Assembly: GCA_030431335.1 (NCBI GenBank) | Contig: JAUIJH010000003.1 | Location: 5,496-69,495, forward strand | DNA length: 64,000 nucleotides | Direction: 5' to 3' | Source of the DNA: Alphaproteobacteria bacterium | GTDB taxonomy: Bacteria > Pseudomonadota > Alphaproteobacteria > Rhizobiales > Amorphaceae | In this document: positions 30,163 through 40,487 of the stretch, piece by piece | Numbering within the stretch: position 1 is the stretch's first letter | Layout: each line of letters starts with the position of its first letter | Translations under genes and position numbers: made by a program | Notes under the pieces: generated by a model | Databases searched by the model: none | What the model saw: the letters and a program-made list of their open reading frames with translations, nothing else | Told to the model about the DNA's origin: nothing

Positions 30163-31127
30163 ACGCCCCGCTGCTCGACGTCCGCGCCCTCAAGATGCAC
30201 TTCCCCGTCAAGGGCGGCCTCCTGGGGCGCTCCGATGCCGCGGTGAAGGCGGTGGACGATGTGAGCTTCACCGTCGGGCGCGGCGAGGTGGTGGGCCTCG
30301 TCGGCGAATCGGGGTCCGGCAAGACCACCGTGGGCCGCACCGTGCTGCGCCTGCAGGGCCCGACCTCCGGCGAGATCGTGTTCGACGGCACCGACATCGC
30401 CGGCCTCTCCGAGGCGCAGATGCGCCCCTACCGCAAGCGCATGCAGATCATCTTTCAAGACCCGTTTGCGAGCCTCAATCCGCGCATGCGGGTGGGCGAT
30501 ATCGTCGGCCAGGCGTTCGCGATCCACGGCCTCGCTTCGGGCAGCGAGCGGGAGGACCGCGTCGCCGCGCTGATCCAGCGCGTCGGGCTGCCGCGCGGGG
30601 CGATGCGGCGCTACCCGCACGAATTCTCCGGCGGGCAGCGCCAGCGCATCGGGATTGCCCGCGCGCTTGCCGTCGACCCCGACTTCATCGTCGCCGACGA
30701 GCCGGTTTCGGCGCTCGACGTGTCGATCCAGGCGCAGGTGGTCAATCTCCTGCGGGACCTGCAGGACGAACTCGGCCTCGCGCTCCTGTTCATCGCGCAC
30801 GATCTGGGCGTGGTCGAATATCTCTCGCACCGGGTGATCGTGCTCTACCTGGGGCGGATCATGGAGATGGCGCCGGCGCGCGAACTCTACGCCAACCCGG
30901 CGCACCCCTACACCGAGGCGTTGATGTCGGCGGTGCCGATCCCCGATCCCACGGTCAAGCGCCAGCGCATCATCCTGGAAGGCGACATTCCGAGCCCGAT
31001 CGCCCCGCCGTCGGGATGCGTCTTCCGAACCCGTTGCCCCATCGCCACCGCCGCCTGCGCCGAGGCGGTGCCGCCGCTGGAGGAGATCTCGCCCGGCCAT
31101 TGGAAAGCCTGCATCAAGAGACCCTGA
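30159..31127 (+). CDS. ABC ATP-binding subunit DppF/OppF-like
   Basis: GTGA overlap; [25 protein letters not shown]. Confidence 0.95.
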
Positions 31128-31146
31128 ACCTTTAGGGAAACTGCCG

Positions 31147-31188
31147 TTGACAAGCGAACCAGCCTGGATTTTATATATTGTCGCCAAA
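31147..31188 (+). promoter_or_regulatory. Sigma70-like promoter with overlapping candidate GntR operator
   Basis: TTGACA at 31147-31152; TTTATA/TTATAT 17-18 nt later; ATATATTGTCGCCAAA at 31173-31188. Confidence 0.55.
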
Positions 31189-31208
31189 CAAAGGGGGCGT
31201 GTTTAGGC

Positions 31209-32747
31209 ATGAGCGTGATCGAGGTCCGTGACCGTGTCGCGGCCATCAACGACGTCCTCAACGCGATGTCCGTGCTGCAATGGGATTCGCGCACCATGAT
31301 GCCCTCGGGCGGCACGTCGAGCCGTGGCGAGCAGCTGGCGACGCTCGCGGTCATCGCCCGCGACATGATCGTGTCGGACGATCTCGCCCGCGCCGCCGAG
31401 GCGGCCGAAGCGGAGGTGGCGAACCGCGACGAAGACAATGCCGAGCGCCGTGTGGTGGCGCAGGTGCGCGCCGCCATCGACCATCACCGCAAGATTCCCG
31501 CCGCCCTGGTGCGCGCCCGCACGGCGCTCAAGGCGCAGGCGAGCGCGGTTTGGGTGGAGGCGCGCCGCACCAGCGATTTCGCGCTGTTCGCCCCCTACCT
31601 CGCCGAGCATGTCACGTTGGCGCGCGAGCTGGCCGAGGCCATCGGCTACGACGCGCACCCCTACGACCCGCTGATCGCGATCTACGAGCCCGGCGAGACC
31701 GCGGCGAGCCTCGAAGCGCTGTTCGCGACCCTGCGCGCGGGCATCTCGCCGGTGGTGCAGGCGATCAGCCAGCTCGGCGAGCCCGAGACCGACATCATGT
31801 CTCGTGGGTATCCGCAGGCGTTGCAGCGGGAGTTCGGCCTCAAGGTCGCCGAACGCTTCGGCTACGACTTCTCGCGAGGTCGGCTCGATTCGACCACGCA
31901 CCCGTTCGAGGTTTCCTTCACCCGCAACGACGTGCGCATCACCACGCGCTACCACGAGGACAACCTCGTCTCGGCGCTCCAGGGCGTGATGCACGAGACC
32001 GGGCATGGCCTCTACGAGCAGAATATCGACCCCGCCTATACGCGCACCGTGTTCGCGACCGATCTCATCGGTCTCTACGCGGTCGGCGGCGTCAGCTTCG
32101 GGGCGCACGAATCCCAGAGCCGCCTGTGGGAGAACCACATCGGCCGCAGCCCCCGCTTCTGGGAGCTGACCTATGGCGACCTCGTCGCCACCTTCCCCGA
32201 GCAGCTTTCGGGTGTGCCGCTGGAGACCTTCTACCGCGCCTTCAACCGCGTGAAGCCGGACTTCATCCGCGTCGAGGCGGACGAGCTCACCTACGACTTC
32301 CACATCATGCTGCGGGTCGGGCTGGAAAAGCGGTTGATCGAGGGCAGCCTCGCCGTCGCCGATCTGCCGGCCGCCTGGAACGAGGGGATGCGTTCGCTTC
32401 TCGGTGTCGAGGTGCCCGAGGACCGGCTCGGCGTGCTGCAGGATATCCACTGGTCGGGCGGCCAGTTCGGCTCGTTCTGCAACTACACCATCGGCAACGT
32501 GATGGCGGCGCAGCTGTTCGAGCTGGCGCTGACCGAACCCGCCGTGACCGAGGGCCTCGAACGGGGCGACTACGCGCCGCTGCGGGCCTTCCTCGGCGAA
32601 AACGTGTGGCGGCACGGCCGGCGCTACAGCCGCAACGAGCTTTTGACGCGTGCCACCGGCCGCCCTCTCGATCCGGCCCCTTACGTCAAATACCTCACCC
32701 AAAAATACAGCGGCCTCTACGGCATCGACGCCCCGGCGGCCGCATGA
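31209..32747 (+). CDS. M32 family metallocarboxypeptidase
   Basis: [16 protein letters not shown] (HExxH), HESQS, IRVEADE, QDIHW. Confidence 0.95.
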   Translation: MSVIEVRDRVAAINDVLNAMSVLQWDSRTMMPSGGTSSRGEQLATLAVIARDMIVSDDLARAAEAAEAEVANRDEDNAERRVVAQVRAAIDHHRKIPAALVRARTALKAQASAVWVEARRTSDFALFAPYLAEHVTLARELAEAIGYDAHPYDPLIAIYEPGETAASLEALFATLRAGISPVVQAISQLGEPETDIMSRGYPQALQREFGLKVAERFGYDFSRGRLDSTTHPFEVSFTRNDVRITTRYHEDNLVSALQGVMHETGHGLYEQNIDPAYTRTVFATDLIGLYAVGGVSFGAHESQSRLWENHIGRSPRFWELTYGDLVATFPEQLSGVPLETFYRAFNRVKPDFIRVEADELTYDFHIMLRVGLEKRLIEGSLAVADLPAAWNEGMRSLLGVEVPEDRLGVLQDIHWSGGQFGSFCNYTIGNVMAAQLFELALTEPAVTEGLERGDYAPLRAFLGENVWRHGRRYSRNELLTRATGRPLDPAPYVKYLTQKYSGLYGIDAPAAA

Positions 32748-32757
32748 GGAGAACACG

Positions 32758-33939
32758 ATGACCGTCGCAGCGCTGGGTCCGCAACGGATCGCCTCGCGGA
32801 TCAAGCTCAAGGAGCAGTCGATCCGCACCAAGATGCTGGACATCGCTGCGGGCCTCGAGGACGTCATCGCGCTCGGCCGAGGCGACCCGGATTTCGACAC
32901 GCCCGCCCACATCGTGGAGGCCGGGCAGAAGGCGCTCGGCAACGGCGCCACCCACTACACCCACCCCGCCGGGTTGCCGGCGCTGCGCGAGGCGATCTCC
33001 GCCTACCTCAAGGCCGATTGCGGCGCCGACTACGGCGCCGACGAGATCGTGGTGACGGCCGGCGCGCAGGAGGCCATGTTCTGCGCCATGCTGGCGTTGA
33101 TCGAGCCCGGCGACGAGGTGATCGTCCCTTCGCCCGGCTACAACACCTACCATCAGCACATCGAGCTGGCCGGCGGGAAGGTCGTGATCCTGCCGCTCGC
33201 CTTCGAGAACGATTTCGCCCTCACGGCCGAGGCGCTGGAGAAGGTGCTGACGCCGCGCTCGCGCATGATCTGCCTCATCAATCCGTCCAATCCTTCCGGC
33301 ACCGTCACGCCGCCGGAGGAGGTGGAGAAGGTGGCGCGGCTCGCCGTGGAGCGCGACCTCATCCTGGTGTCGGACGAGATCTATTCCAAGCTCGTCTTCG
33401 ACGGGCACCGGGTGCTGTCGCCCGCGAGCCTGCCGGGGCTCAAGGAGCGCACCATCACCATCAACGGCTTCTCCAAGGCGTACGCGATGACGGGCTGGCG
33501 CATCGGCTACTTCGCGGCGCCCAAGCCGCTGGCGGCGGCGATGACGGAGATCCACCACGGCCTGGCGATCTGCGCCGCGGCCGTCAGCCAGCACGCCGCG
33601 CTCGCCGCGCTCACCGGCCCGCAGGATTGCGTCGCGATGATGCGCGACACCTACGACGAGCGCCGCCGCGTCACCTGCGCCGCGCTCGACGCGATGGGCG
33701 TGCCCTACGCCACGCCCGGCGGCGCCTTCTACATCTACGCGAAGGTGGGGGCGACGGGCCTGCCGGCGTCGGAGTTCTGCCTGCGCCTCCTCGAGGAGGA
33801 GCGGGTGATGCTCTTCCCCGGCACCCTCTACGGCGACCACACCGACGATTTCGTGCGCCTGTCGCTGCTCCAGCCCAAAGACCGCCTCATCGAGGCGACC
33901 GAGCGGATGGGCCGCTTCGTGCAACAGCTTGCCGCCTGA
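32758..33939 (+). CDS. Class I/II PLP aminotransferase (paralogue of 26560-27738)
   Basis: SD GAGGAG; GDPDFDTP, NPSNPSG, SDEIY, NGFSKAYAMTGWRIGY. Confidence 0.95.
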   Translation: MTVAALGPQRIASRIKLKEQSIRTKMLDIAAGLEDVIALGRGDPDFDTPAHIVEAGQKALGNGATHYTHPAGLPALREAISAYLKADCGADYGADEIVVTAGAQEAMFCAMLALIEPGDEVIVPSPGYNTYHQHIELAGGKVVILPLAFENDFALTAEALEKVLTPRSRMICLINPSNPSGTVTPPEEVEKVARLAVERDLILVSDEIYSKLVFDGHRVLSPASLPGLKERTITINGFSKAYAMTGWRIGYFAAPKPLAAAMTEIHHGLAICAAAVSQHAALAALTGPQDCVAMMRDTYDERRRVTCAALDAMGVPYATPGGAFYIYAKVGATGLPASEFCLRLLEEERVMLFPGTLYGDHTDDFVRLSLLQPKDRLIEATERMGRFVQQLAA

Positions 33940-33949
33940 AGGAAACGAC

Positions 33950-34426
33950 ATGGTCTCCACCAACCCCAACGTCATCGGCATCAAGCACATGGCCTTCGCC
34001 GTCAGCGATGCCGACGCGGCGCTCGCGAGCTACGCGCGCTATCTCGGCGTGCCGGCCAACACGGCCATCCTGGAATATCCCAAGTCCCGCAACCGGGTGG
34101 CGCTCTTCGAGCTGGGCGGCATCGAGTACCAGCTGTGCCAATCGATGGACGATGACGGGCGCTTCGCGAGCTGGATCGGCGCGCACGGCGAGGGGCTGCA
34201 CCACATCTGCTACGCCGTCTCCGACATCGACCACGCACTGGCCCATGCGCAGGAGCACGGCGCTTCCTTGCGCGAGTGCAAGGCCTGCGGCGTCACCGGC
34301 AGCCATCCGCACCCGGAGGGCTTCGTCGCCTTTCTCGACGACGAGACCGGCGGCATCGAGGTGGAATTCATGCAGGTCTACACCCCCGAGGAGCTGAAGG
34401 AATACCAGGCCGTGAAGGGGATCTGA
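33950..34426 (+). CDS. VOC/glyoxalase family protein (methylmalonyl-CoA epimerase-like)
   Basis: IKHMAFAVSD, HGEGLHHICYAVSDID, FVAFL, EVEFMQ. Confidence 0.85.
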   Translation: MVSTNPNVIGIKHMAFAVSDADAALASYARYLGVPANTAILEYPKSRNRVALFELGGIEYQLCQSMDDDGRFASWIGAHGEGLHHICYAVSDIDHALAHAQEHGASLRECKACGVTGSHPHPEGFVAFLDDETGGIEVEFMQVYTPEELKEYQAVKGI

Positions 34427-34428
34427 CG

Positions 34429-35427
34429 ATGGCGGATCAGGCTTCTGCCTTCGTCGAGGTCGGCACCGCGAAAGCGGCGCCGGGCACCGTCGCGAAAGGC
34501 GCGATCGCGGTCACCACTTTGGCCGGCGGCGGTGCGCTCGAAATTCCGGTCATGGTGATCAACGGCGCCAAGCCCGGCCCGTGCCTGTGGATCGACGGCG
34601 CCATCCACGGCGACGAGCCGGAAGGCCCGCTCGCCTGCCAGATCCTGATGCGCGAGGTGGCGCCCGAGGCGCTGTCGGGCACGCTCGTGCTGGTGCCGGT
34701 GATGAACGTGCCGGCGTTCGAGGCGGCATGCCGCGGCAACCCGCTCGACACCTTCAGCTTCGACATGAACCGCATCTATCCGGGCCGCCCCAACGGGTAT
34801 CTGACGGAGCGGATCGCGAGCGCCCACTGCGGGTGGATGACCAAGGTCGCCGACTACGAGCTGTCGATCCACTCGGGCGGGGCGCACTCCTACCTGTCCG
34901 AGACGATCTTCTGCGCCGAGGACGACGCCTCGCTGGAACTTGCCAGGGCCATGGGGCCGGGCTGGGGCCTCGCCCTCACCGCGCCAAACCCCAAGGGCAA
35001 CCCCATGGCGGCGATGCTCGATGCTGGCAAGACCGGCCTCACCGTCGAGCTCGGCGGTCGCTCGGCCACCTCGCCGGCCGCCTTCCGCAAGGTCGGCCGC
35101 GTGCTGGCCGACGCGTTCCTCAACGTGATGCGGCACTACGAGATGCTGGAAGGCGAGGCGCGCTATCCCGAGGTGCGCTGGAAGGGGATGCAGGAGGCGC
35201 TGCTGGCGCCGGCCAGCGGCATCTACCTGCCCGAGGAAGGCGTCGACTTCCACAAGTGGATGAACAAGGGCGATCCGATCGCCAAGATCGTCGACATCTT
35301 CGGCGAAACCTTGGCGACGCTCGAGGCGCCGGCCGACGGCATGATCTTTGGCCTCAGAGCGCTCCCCAACGTCACCACCGGCGACTGGTGCTGCTTCTTC
35401 GGCAAGATCGAAGGCAAGCGCGATTGA
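34429..35427 (+). CDS. Succinylglutamate desuccinylase/aspartoacylase family (M14-like) hydrolase
   Basis: GAIHGDEPEG, DMNRIYPG, SIHSGG, TVELGG, C-terminal biotinyl-like APADG segment. Confidence 0.9.
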   Translation: MADQASAFVEVGTAKAAPGTVAKGAIAVTTLAGGGALEIPVMVINGAKPGPCLWIDGAIHGDEPEGPLACQILMREVAPEALSGTLVLVPVMNVPAFEAACRGNPLDTFSFDMNRIYPGRPNGYLTERIASAHCGWMTKVADYELSIHSGGAHSYLSETIFCAEDDASLELARAMGPGWGLALTAPNPKGNPMAAMLDAGKTGLTVELGGRSATSPAAFRKVGRVLADAFLNVMRHYEMLEGEARYPEVRWKGMQEALLAPASGIYLPEEGVDFHKWMNKGDPIAKIVDIFGETLATLEAPADGMIFGLRALPNVTTGDWCCFFGKIEGKRD

Positions 35428-35526
35428 GTGTCTGGCCGCGGCCGCCGAGCCGCGGCGCGAACGAATGCGACCCCGATGCGGCGGACAATCCGCAGAAACG
35501 GAGCCGACCCCAATGAGGAGCACCCG

Positions 35527-37122
35527 ATGAAACACGTTCGTAGAGCTTCCCTTGTCAGCGCCATTGCGCTCGTCGCAGCGGGGCTCGCCGTCCCAGCGTT
35601 TGCGGCCGACCTCACTATCGCGATGCCGGCCAACCAGGAGCCGGCCTCGCTCGACGGTCACATCGACCCGTATCAGTCGACGTGGCTGCTCGACAGCTTC
35701 GTGGCCGATCCGCTCGTCGTCCTCCACCCGGACGGCAAGTACGGGCCGGCGCTCGCCACCGAATGGTCCTCCAACGAGGACGGCACCGAGTGGACCTTCA
35801 AGCTGCGCGACGACGTCACCTTCCAGGACGGCACGCCCTTCAACGCGGCGGCGGTGAAGGCCAACCTGGAGCGCATCGCGGCACCCGAGACGGCCTCCAA
35901 GCAGCTCAAGAGCGACATCGGCCCCTTCACATCCGTGGAAGCGGTCGACGACACCACGGTCAAGATCACCTACGACACGCCGTGGGTGACGCTGCTCGAC
36001 GCGGTGCGCCGCACGCCGCTGTGGTCGCCGGCCGCCATCGCCGAATACGGCGCCGATTTCGACAAGAAACTCGTCGGCACCGGCCCGTTTACTCTCCAAG
36101 AGTGGGTGCCCAACGACCACATCACCTTCGCCAAGTGGGCCGACTACGGCGGCTGGAACTCCATCATGGAGAATCCCGGCCCGGTCGCGCTCGACACCGT
36201 CACGGTGAACTTCATCGGCGAGCCGGCGGTTCTGGGCAGCCTGGTCGAGTATGGCGATGCGGACATCGGCTTCGCCATCCCGGCCCAGTACGTCGAGGAC
36301 TACAAGGACAAGGACGACTTCCAGTTCTACTCCAAGGGCCAGTCCGGCACCGGCCTGCAGATGGTGATGAACACGCGCAAGCCGCCGCTCAGCGACATCC
36401 GCGTACGCAAGGCGCTCAACTTCGCGGCCGACCAGGAGGCCGTCAACGAACTCCTTTATGACGGCGCCTATACGCCCTCCGACGGCCCGCTCAACAACAG
36501 CCACGTCTGTTTCTGGGACGGTGCGACGGCGATGTACGCGACCGATACCGAGAAGGCCAAGGCGCTGCTCGACGAGGCCGGCTGGCGCGACGAGGACGGC
36601 GACGGCATGCGCGAGGCGCATGGCGTGGAAGGCGTCGAGGACGGCACGCCGCTGTCGATCAAGTACAACATCCTGCACCACCAGGAGATCGGCGAGGCGC
36701 TGCAGGCGCAGTTCCGCCCGATCGGCATCAACCTCGAAGTCGAGCAGGTTCCGGGCCCCGTGCAGCTCGACCGCGTGCAGAACCGCACCTTCGACCTGAT
36801 GTACGAGCGCCAGCGCTCGCCCGATCCGCTGATCCTCGACCAGGTGTGGAACTCCAAGTGGGACGAGCCCGGCGGCTGGGCCTGGACCGGCTTCAAGGAC
36901 GCGACGCTCGACGGCTACCTCGACAAGCTGCGCTCGCTTCCCTCGGTGGAGGCACGCTGCGAGGCGGCCATCGAGGCGCAGAAGATCATCATGGAAAATG
37001 CGCTGATGCTGCCGACGCTGAGCCAGCCGATCTTCGTCGCCATGCGGCCAGAGGTGAAGGGCTTCCTGCCCGGCGCGGAAGGCAACTGGTTCTTCCTGCA
37101 GAACACCACGGTCGAGGACTGA
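35527..37122 (+). CDS. ABC transporter substrate-binding protein, family 5
   Basis: Signal ending VPAFA; SD GAGGAG; LRDDVTFQDGTPFNA, VGTGPF, EKAKALLDEAGW. Confidence 0.95.
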   Translation: MKHVRRASLVSAIALVAAGLAVPAFAADLTIAMPANQEPASLDGHIDPYQSTWLLDSFVADPLVVLHPDGKYGPALATEWSSNEDGTEWTFKLRDDVTFQDGTPFNAAAVKANLERIAAPETASKQLKSDIGPFTSVEAVDDTTVKITYDTPWVTLLDAVRRTPLWSPAAIAEYGADFDKKLVGTGPFTLQEWVPNDHITFAKWADYGGWNSIMENPGPVALDTVTVNFIGEPAVLGSLVEYGDADIGFAIPAQYVEDYKDKDDFQFYSKGQSGTGLQMVMNTRKPPLSDIRVRKALNFAADQEAVNELLYDGAYTPSDGPLNNSHVCFWDGATAMYATDTEKAKALLDEAGWRDEDGDGMREAHGVEGVEDGTPLSIKYNILHHQEIGEALQAQFRPIGINLEVEQVPGPVQLDRVQNRTFDLMYERQRSPDPLILDQVWNSKWDEPGGWAWTGFKDATLDGYLDKLRSLPSVEARCEAAIEAQKIIMENALMLPTLSQPIFVAMRPEVKGFLPGAEGNWFFLQNTTVED

Positions 37123-37127
37123 CCGGT

Positions 37128-37159
37128 GGGCGGCGCCCGTCACCCGTCGGGCGCCGTCC
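37128..37159 (+). other. 12-bp GC stem-loop after SBP gene
   Basis: GGGCGGCGCCCG-8 nt-CGGGCGCCGTCC (one G-U pair). Confidence 0.55.
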
Positions 37160-37211
37160 CCCCGGCGCGGCGTGAGCCTCACGCCCGCCAGCGCGCGCGC
37201 CGGGATCGACC

Positions 37212-38147
37212 ATGACCCGCTATCTCGTCCACCGGCTCCTTCAGCTCGTGCCGGTGCTGCTGCTCATCTCCGTCATCATCTTCGTGATGATGCACGTGTT
37301 GCCGGGCGACCCGGCGCAGCTCATCCTGAGCGGCGCCGAGGGCGGCGCGGCGGGGCCGGAGCGCCTCGCCGAGCTGCGCGCCGAGATGGGCCTCGACGAC
37401 CCCCTGCCGGTGCAATATTTCCGCTTTCTCAGCGGCGCGCTGGTCGGCGATTTCGGCGAATCGATCCGCTTCCGCGTGCCTGTCTCCGACCTTCTGATGG
37501 ACCGCTTCGCCTCCACCATGACGCTCGCGGTGGCGGGGCTCTGCTGGTCGATGCTCATCGGCGTGCCGCTCGGCATGGCGGCCGCAGTGCGCCAGAACGG
37601 CTGGATCGACGCCGTCGCGATGACGATGTCCTATCTCGGTGCCGCGATGCCGGTCTATTGGCTCGGGCTCCTGTTCATCTTGTTCTTCTCGTTCGATCTC
37701 GGCTGGTTTCCGCCGGCGGGCGGCGGCTCGATCCGCCACCTCGTGCTGCCCAGCCTCACGCTGGGGCTGATCTCGGCCGGCATCGTCGCCCGCCTCGTCC
37801 GCTCCTCGATGATCGAAACCTTGCAGGAGGACTATATCCGCACCGGCCGGGCCAAGGGGCTCGGCGAGGCGGCGCTCCTGTGGCGCCACGGCCTCAAGAA
37901 CGCGCTGATCCCCGTCGTCACCATGCTGGGGCTTCAGTTCGGCGGCATGCTCGCCGGCGCGGTGGTGACGGAGACGGTGTTCAGCCGGCCCGGCATCGGC
38001 CGCCTCGTGGTCGATGCGATCCTGTCCAAGGACTATCCGCTGGTGCAAGGCTGCGTCCTGTTTCTCGCCTTCATCTATTTGTGCGTGAACCTCTTCGTCG
38101 ACGTCCTCTACGCCTGGCTCGATCCGAGGATCCGCTATGAAAAGTGA
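37212..38147 (+). CDS. ABC permease DppB/OppB-like
   Basis: LPGDP, GDFGES, EDYIRTGRAKGL, LDPRIRY. Confidence 0.95.
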   Translation: MTRYLVHRLLQLVPVLLLISVIIFVMMHVLPGDPAQLILSGAEGGAAGPERLAELRAEMGLDDPLPVQYFRFLSGALVGDFGESIRFRVPVSDLLMDRFASTMTLAVAGLCWSMLIGVPLGMAAAVRQNGWIDAVAMTMSYLGAAMPVYWLGLLFILFFSFDLGWFPPAGGGSIRHLVLPSLTLGLISAGIVARLVRSSMIETLQEDYIRTGRAKGLGEAALLWRHGLKNALIPVVTMLGLQFGGMLAGAVVTETVFSRPGIGRLVVDAILSKDYPLVQGCVLFLAFIYLCVNLFVDVLYAWLDPRIRYEK

Positions 38148-39018
38148 GGTCGCCGTCGCCCCGGCCGACACCGCCGCCATCCCCCGCCAGCCCGGCTGGA
38201 TCCGCCGCCTGTTGCGCAACAAGGGCGCCTTGGTCGGCCTCGCGATCCTGTTCGGATGGATCTTCGTCGCCATCTTCGCGCCGATGATTGCGCCCTACGA
38301 TCCGACGCTGACGGTGGCCCGCGCCCGCCAGGCTCCGAGCGCCGAATTCTGGTTCGGCACCGACCAGCTCGGCCGCGACCTGGTGAGCCGCGTCCTCTAC
38401 GGCAGCCGCATCTCGCTGTCGCTCGGCCTCATCAGCGTGACGCTCGGCGCCATTCCCGGCATCACGCTGGGCCTCCTGGCGGGCTTTTACGGCGGCTGGG
38501 TCGACACGGTGATCTCGCGCTTCGTCGACGCGCTGCTCGCGTTCCCGAGCATCCTGCTCGCTCTCCTCGTCATCGCCACGCTGGGCCCGAGCCTGCAGAA
38601 CGTGATGGTGGCCGTCGGCGTCGCGACGGTGCCGGAGTTCGCGCGGCTCACGCGCGGCAGCGTGCTCGCCATCAAGGCGCTGCCCTATGTGGACGCCGCG
38701 CGCGTCGTCGGCGCCAAGGGCTTGCGCATCATGGTGCTGCACATCCTGCGCAACGCCAACGCGCCCATCGTGGTGCTCGCCACCTTACAGGTGGGCGCGG
38801 CCATCCTGATCGGCGCCGGCCTCTCCTTCCTCGGCCTCGGCGCGCAACCGCCCACTCCAGAATGGGGGCTGATCTCCGCCGAGGGCCGGCAGGTGCTGCG
38901 CAAGGCCTGGTGGATCTCCACCTTTCCCGGCCTCGCGATCCTGTCGGTCGTCATCGCCTGCAATCTCGTCGGCGACGGCCTGCGCTCCGCCCTCGATCCT
39001 AAAATGCGCAATTCCTGA
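38137..39018 (+). CDS. ABC permease DppC/OppC-like
   Basis: WFGTDQLGRDLVSR, YVDAARVVGA, GLGAQPPTPEWG. Confidence 0.95.
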   Translation: MKSEVAVAPADTAAIPRQPGWIRRLLRNKGALVGLAILFGWIFVAIFAPMIAPYDPTLTVARARQAPSAEFWFGTDQLGRDLVSRVLYGSRISLSLGLISVTLGAIPGITLGLLAGFYGGWVDTVISRFVDALLAFPSILLALLVIATLGPSLQNVMVAVGVATVPEFARLTRGSVLAIKALPYVDAARVVGAKGLRIMVLHILRNANAPIVVLATLQVGAAILIGAGLSFLGLGAQPPTPEWGLISAEGRQVLRKAWWISTFPGLAILSVVIACNLVGDGLRSALDPKMRNS

Positions 39019-39029
39019 GGAGACGATCC

Positions 39030-40478
39030 ATGTCAGCGCCCTCCGATGCCCCCTTCGTCGGCATCCAGATCAGCCCGATCAGCTTCATCGACGAGGGCGT
39101 CGACGAGCTTCTCGACATGCTCAAGCAACGGGTCGGCATCGACACGCTGCTGATCGGCACCATCTCATGGCTCGGCCTCAAGGTGGGCCGGCGCATCAGC
39201 CACAAGCTGGAAGGCTGGCCCGACCATGGCGTCGCCGAGCCCTACACCATGGAAGGCGGCGCCTATACCAAGGTGCGCCCCGAGTACTATTCCAACACGT
39301 TCATCAAGGACTTCGCCTCCACCGACCCGGAGATGGCGGGCCGGGACATCCTCGATCTCGTGATCCCCGCGGCCCGCGCGCGCGGCATGCGCGTGATCCC
39401 CGAGTTCATGGAGCCGGTGTTCAAATATGCCGGCCACGGGTCGGCCGGCGCGGTGAAGATCCCCAACATGCCGCAGTGCCTGGAGGTGGACGTGCTCGGC
39501 CGCGTCGCCGGCGAGCCGTGCACCACCAACCCGGATTATCGCCTGTGGTGGCACGGCATCATCGAGGAGCACTGCCGCTCCTACGACATCGACGGCATCA
39601 TGTGGTGCAACGAGCGCAATTCGCCGCTCGACCGCATGATGCAGGGCCAGGCGCCGGGCTGCTTCTGCAAGCACTGCCGCCACGAGGCGATCGAGCGCGG
39701 CATCGATGTCGAGCGCGGGCGCTCCGCGATGCTCAGGATGTGGCAGTATTTCGAGGACGCGCGCGCAGGCAAGACCTTCGTCGACGGTGCGTTCGTGGAG
39801 TTCCTGCGCGTCCTTCTCGCCAACCCGGAGATCCTGATCTGGGAGCGCTACTGGCTGGAGCGCAGCAAAGACCTCGACCGCGAGCTCTACGGCATCGTGA
39901 AGTGGATCAACCCGAAGCTTTCGTTCGGCCTCAACGTGTGGAACCGCAACCACTTCAACCCGATCCGCCGCGCCCAATGGCCCTGGGAAGAACAGACCGC
40001 CTATGCCGACTGGGTGAAGCCGATCACCTACCAGCACCAGGCCGGCGAGATCTACGCCAAGGAGATGGGCTTCTTCGCCAAGACCGTGCTGCGTGACGTG
40101 CCGCCGGAAGCCGCGGCCTTCGGCATCAGCCAGCTCCTCGGCCTCCAGACGCCGCCTTGGGACGAGGTGATCCAGGCCGGCCTCGACCCCGACACCTACG
40201 TCTATGGCGAGTGCGCCAACGCGGTGCGCGGCGTCGGCGGCAAGGCGGACGTCTATATGGGCATCGGCGTCGACGCGCCCCGCGTGCGGGCCGACCAGGC
40301 CGTCTGCACGCCGGATATCGTCTACCGCAGCGTGCTCGCCACCTATCGCGCCGGCGGCAAGGGGGTGGTGTTCTCGCCCAACTACGCCGGCATGAACCTG
40401 TCCAATCTCGATGGTGCGGCCCGCGCGCTGGAAGAACTCGGCATCAAGCCGCGCGCCGGCGCCCACACGGCCCAATAG
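39030..40478 (+). CDS. Conserved hypothetical protein, probable (beta/alpha)8 glycoside-hydrolase-like fold
   Basis: Clean ORF with SD GAGGAG; alternating strand/helix pattern, DGIMWCNER, CFCKHC, C-terminal GGKGVVFS; no signal peptide. Confidence 0.6.
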   Translation: MSAPSDAPFVGIQISPISFIDEGVDELLDMLKQRVGIDTLLIGTISWLGLKVGRRISHKLEGWPDHGVAEPYTMEGGAYTKVRPEYYSNTFIKDFASTDPEMAGRDILDLVIPAARARGMRVIPEFMEPVFKYAGHGSAGAVKIPNMPQCLEVDVLGRVAGEPCTTNPDYRLWWHGIIEEHCRSYDIDGIMWCNERNSPLDRMMQGQAPGCFCKHCRHEAIERGIDVERGRSAMLRMWQYFEDARAGKTFVDGAFVEFLRVLLANPEILIWERYWLERSKDLDRELYGIVKWINPKLSFGLNVWNRNHFNPIRRAQWPWEEQTAYADWVKPITYQHQAGEIYAKEMGFFAKTVLRDVPPEAAAFGISQLLGLQTPPWDEVIQAGLDPDTYVYGECANAVRGVGGKADVYMGIGVDAPRVRADQAVCTPDIVYRSVLATYRAGGKGVVFSPNYAGMNLSNLDGAARALEELGIKPRAGAHTAQ

Positions 40479-40487
40479 GAGACTCCG

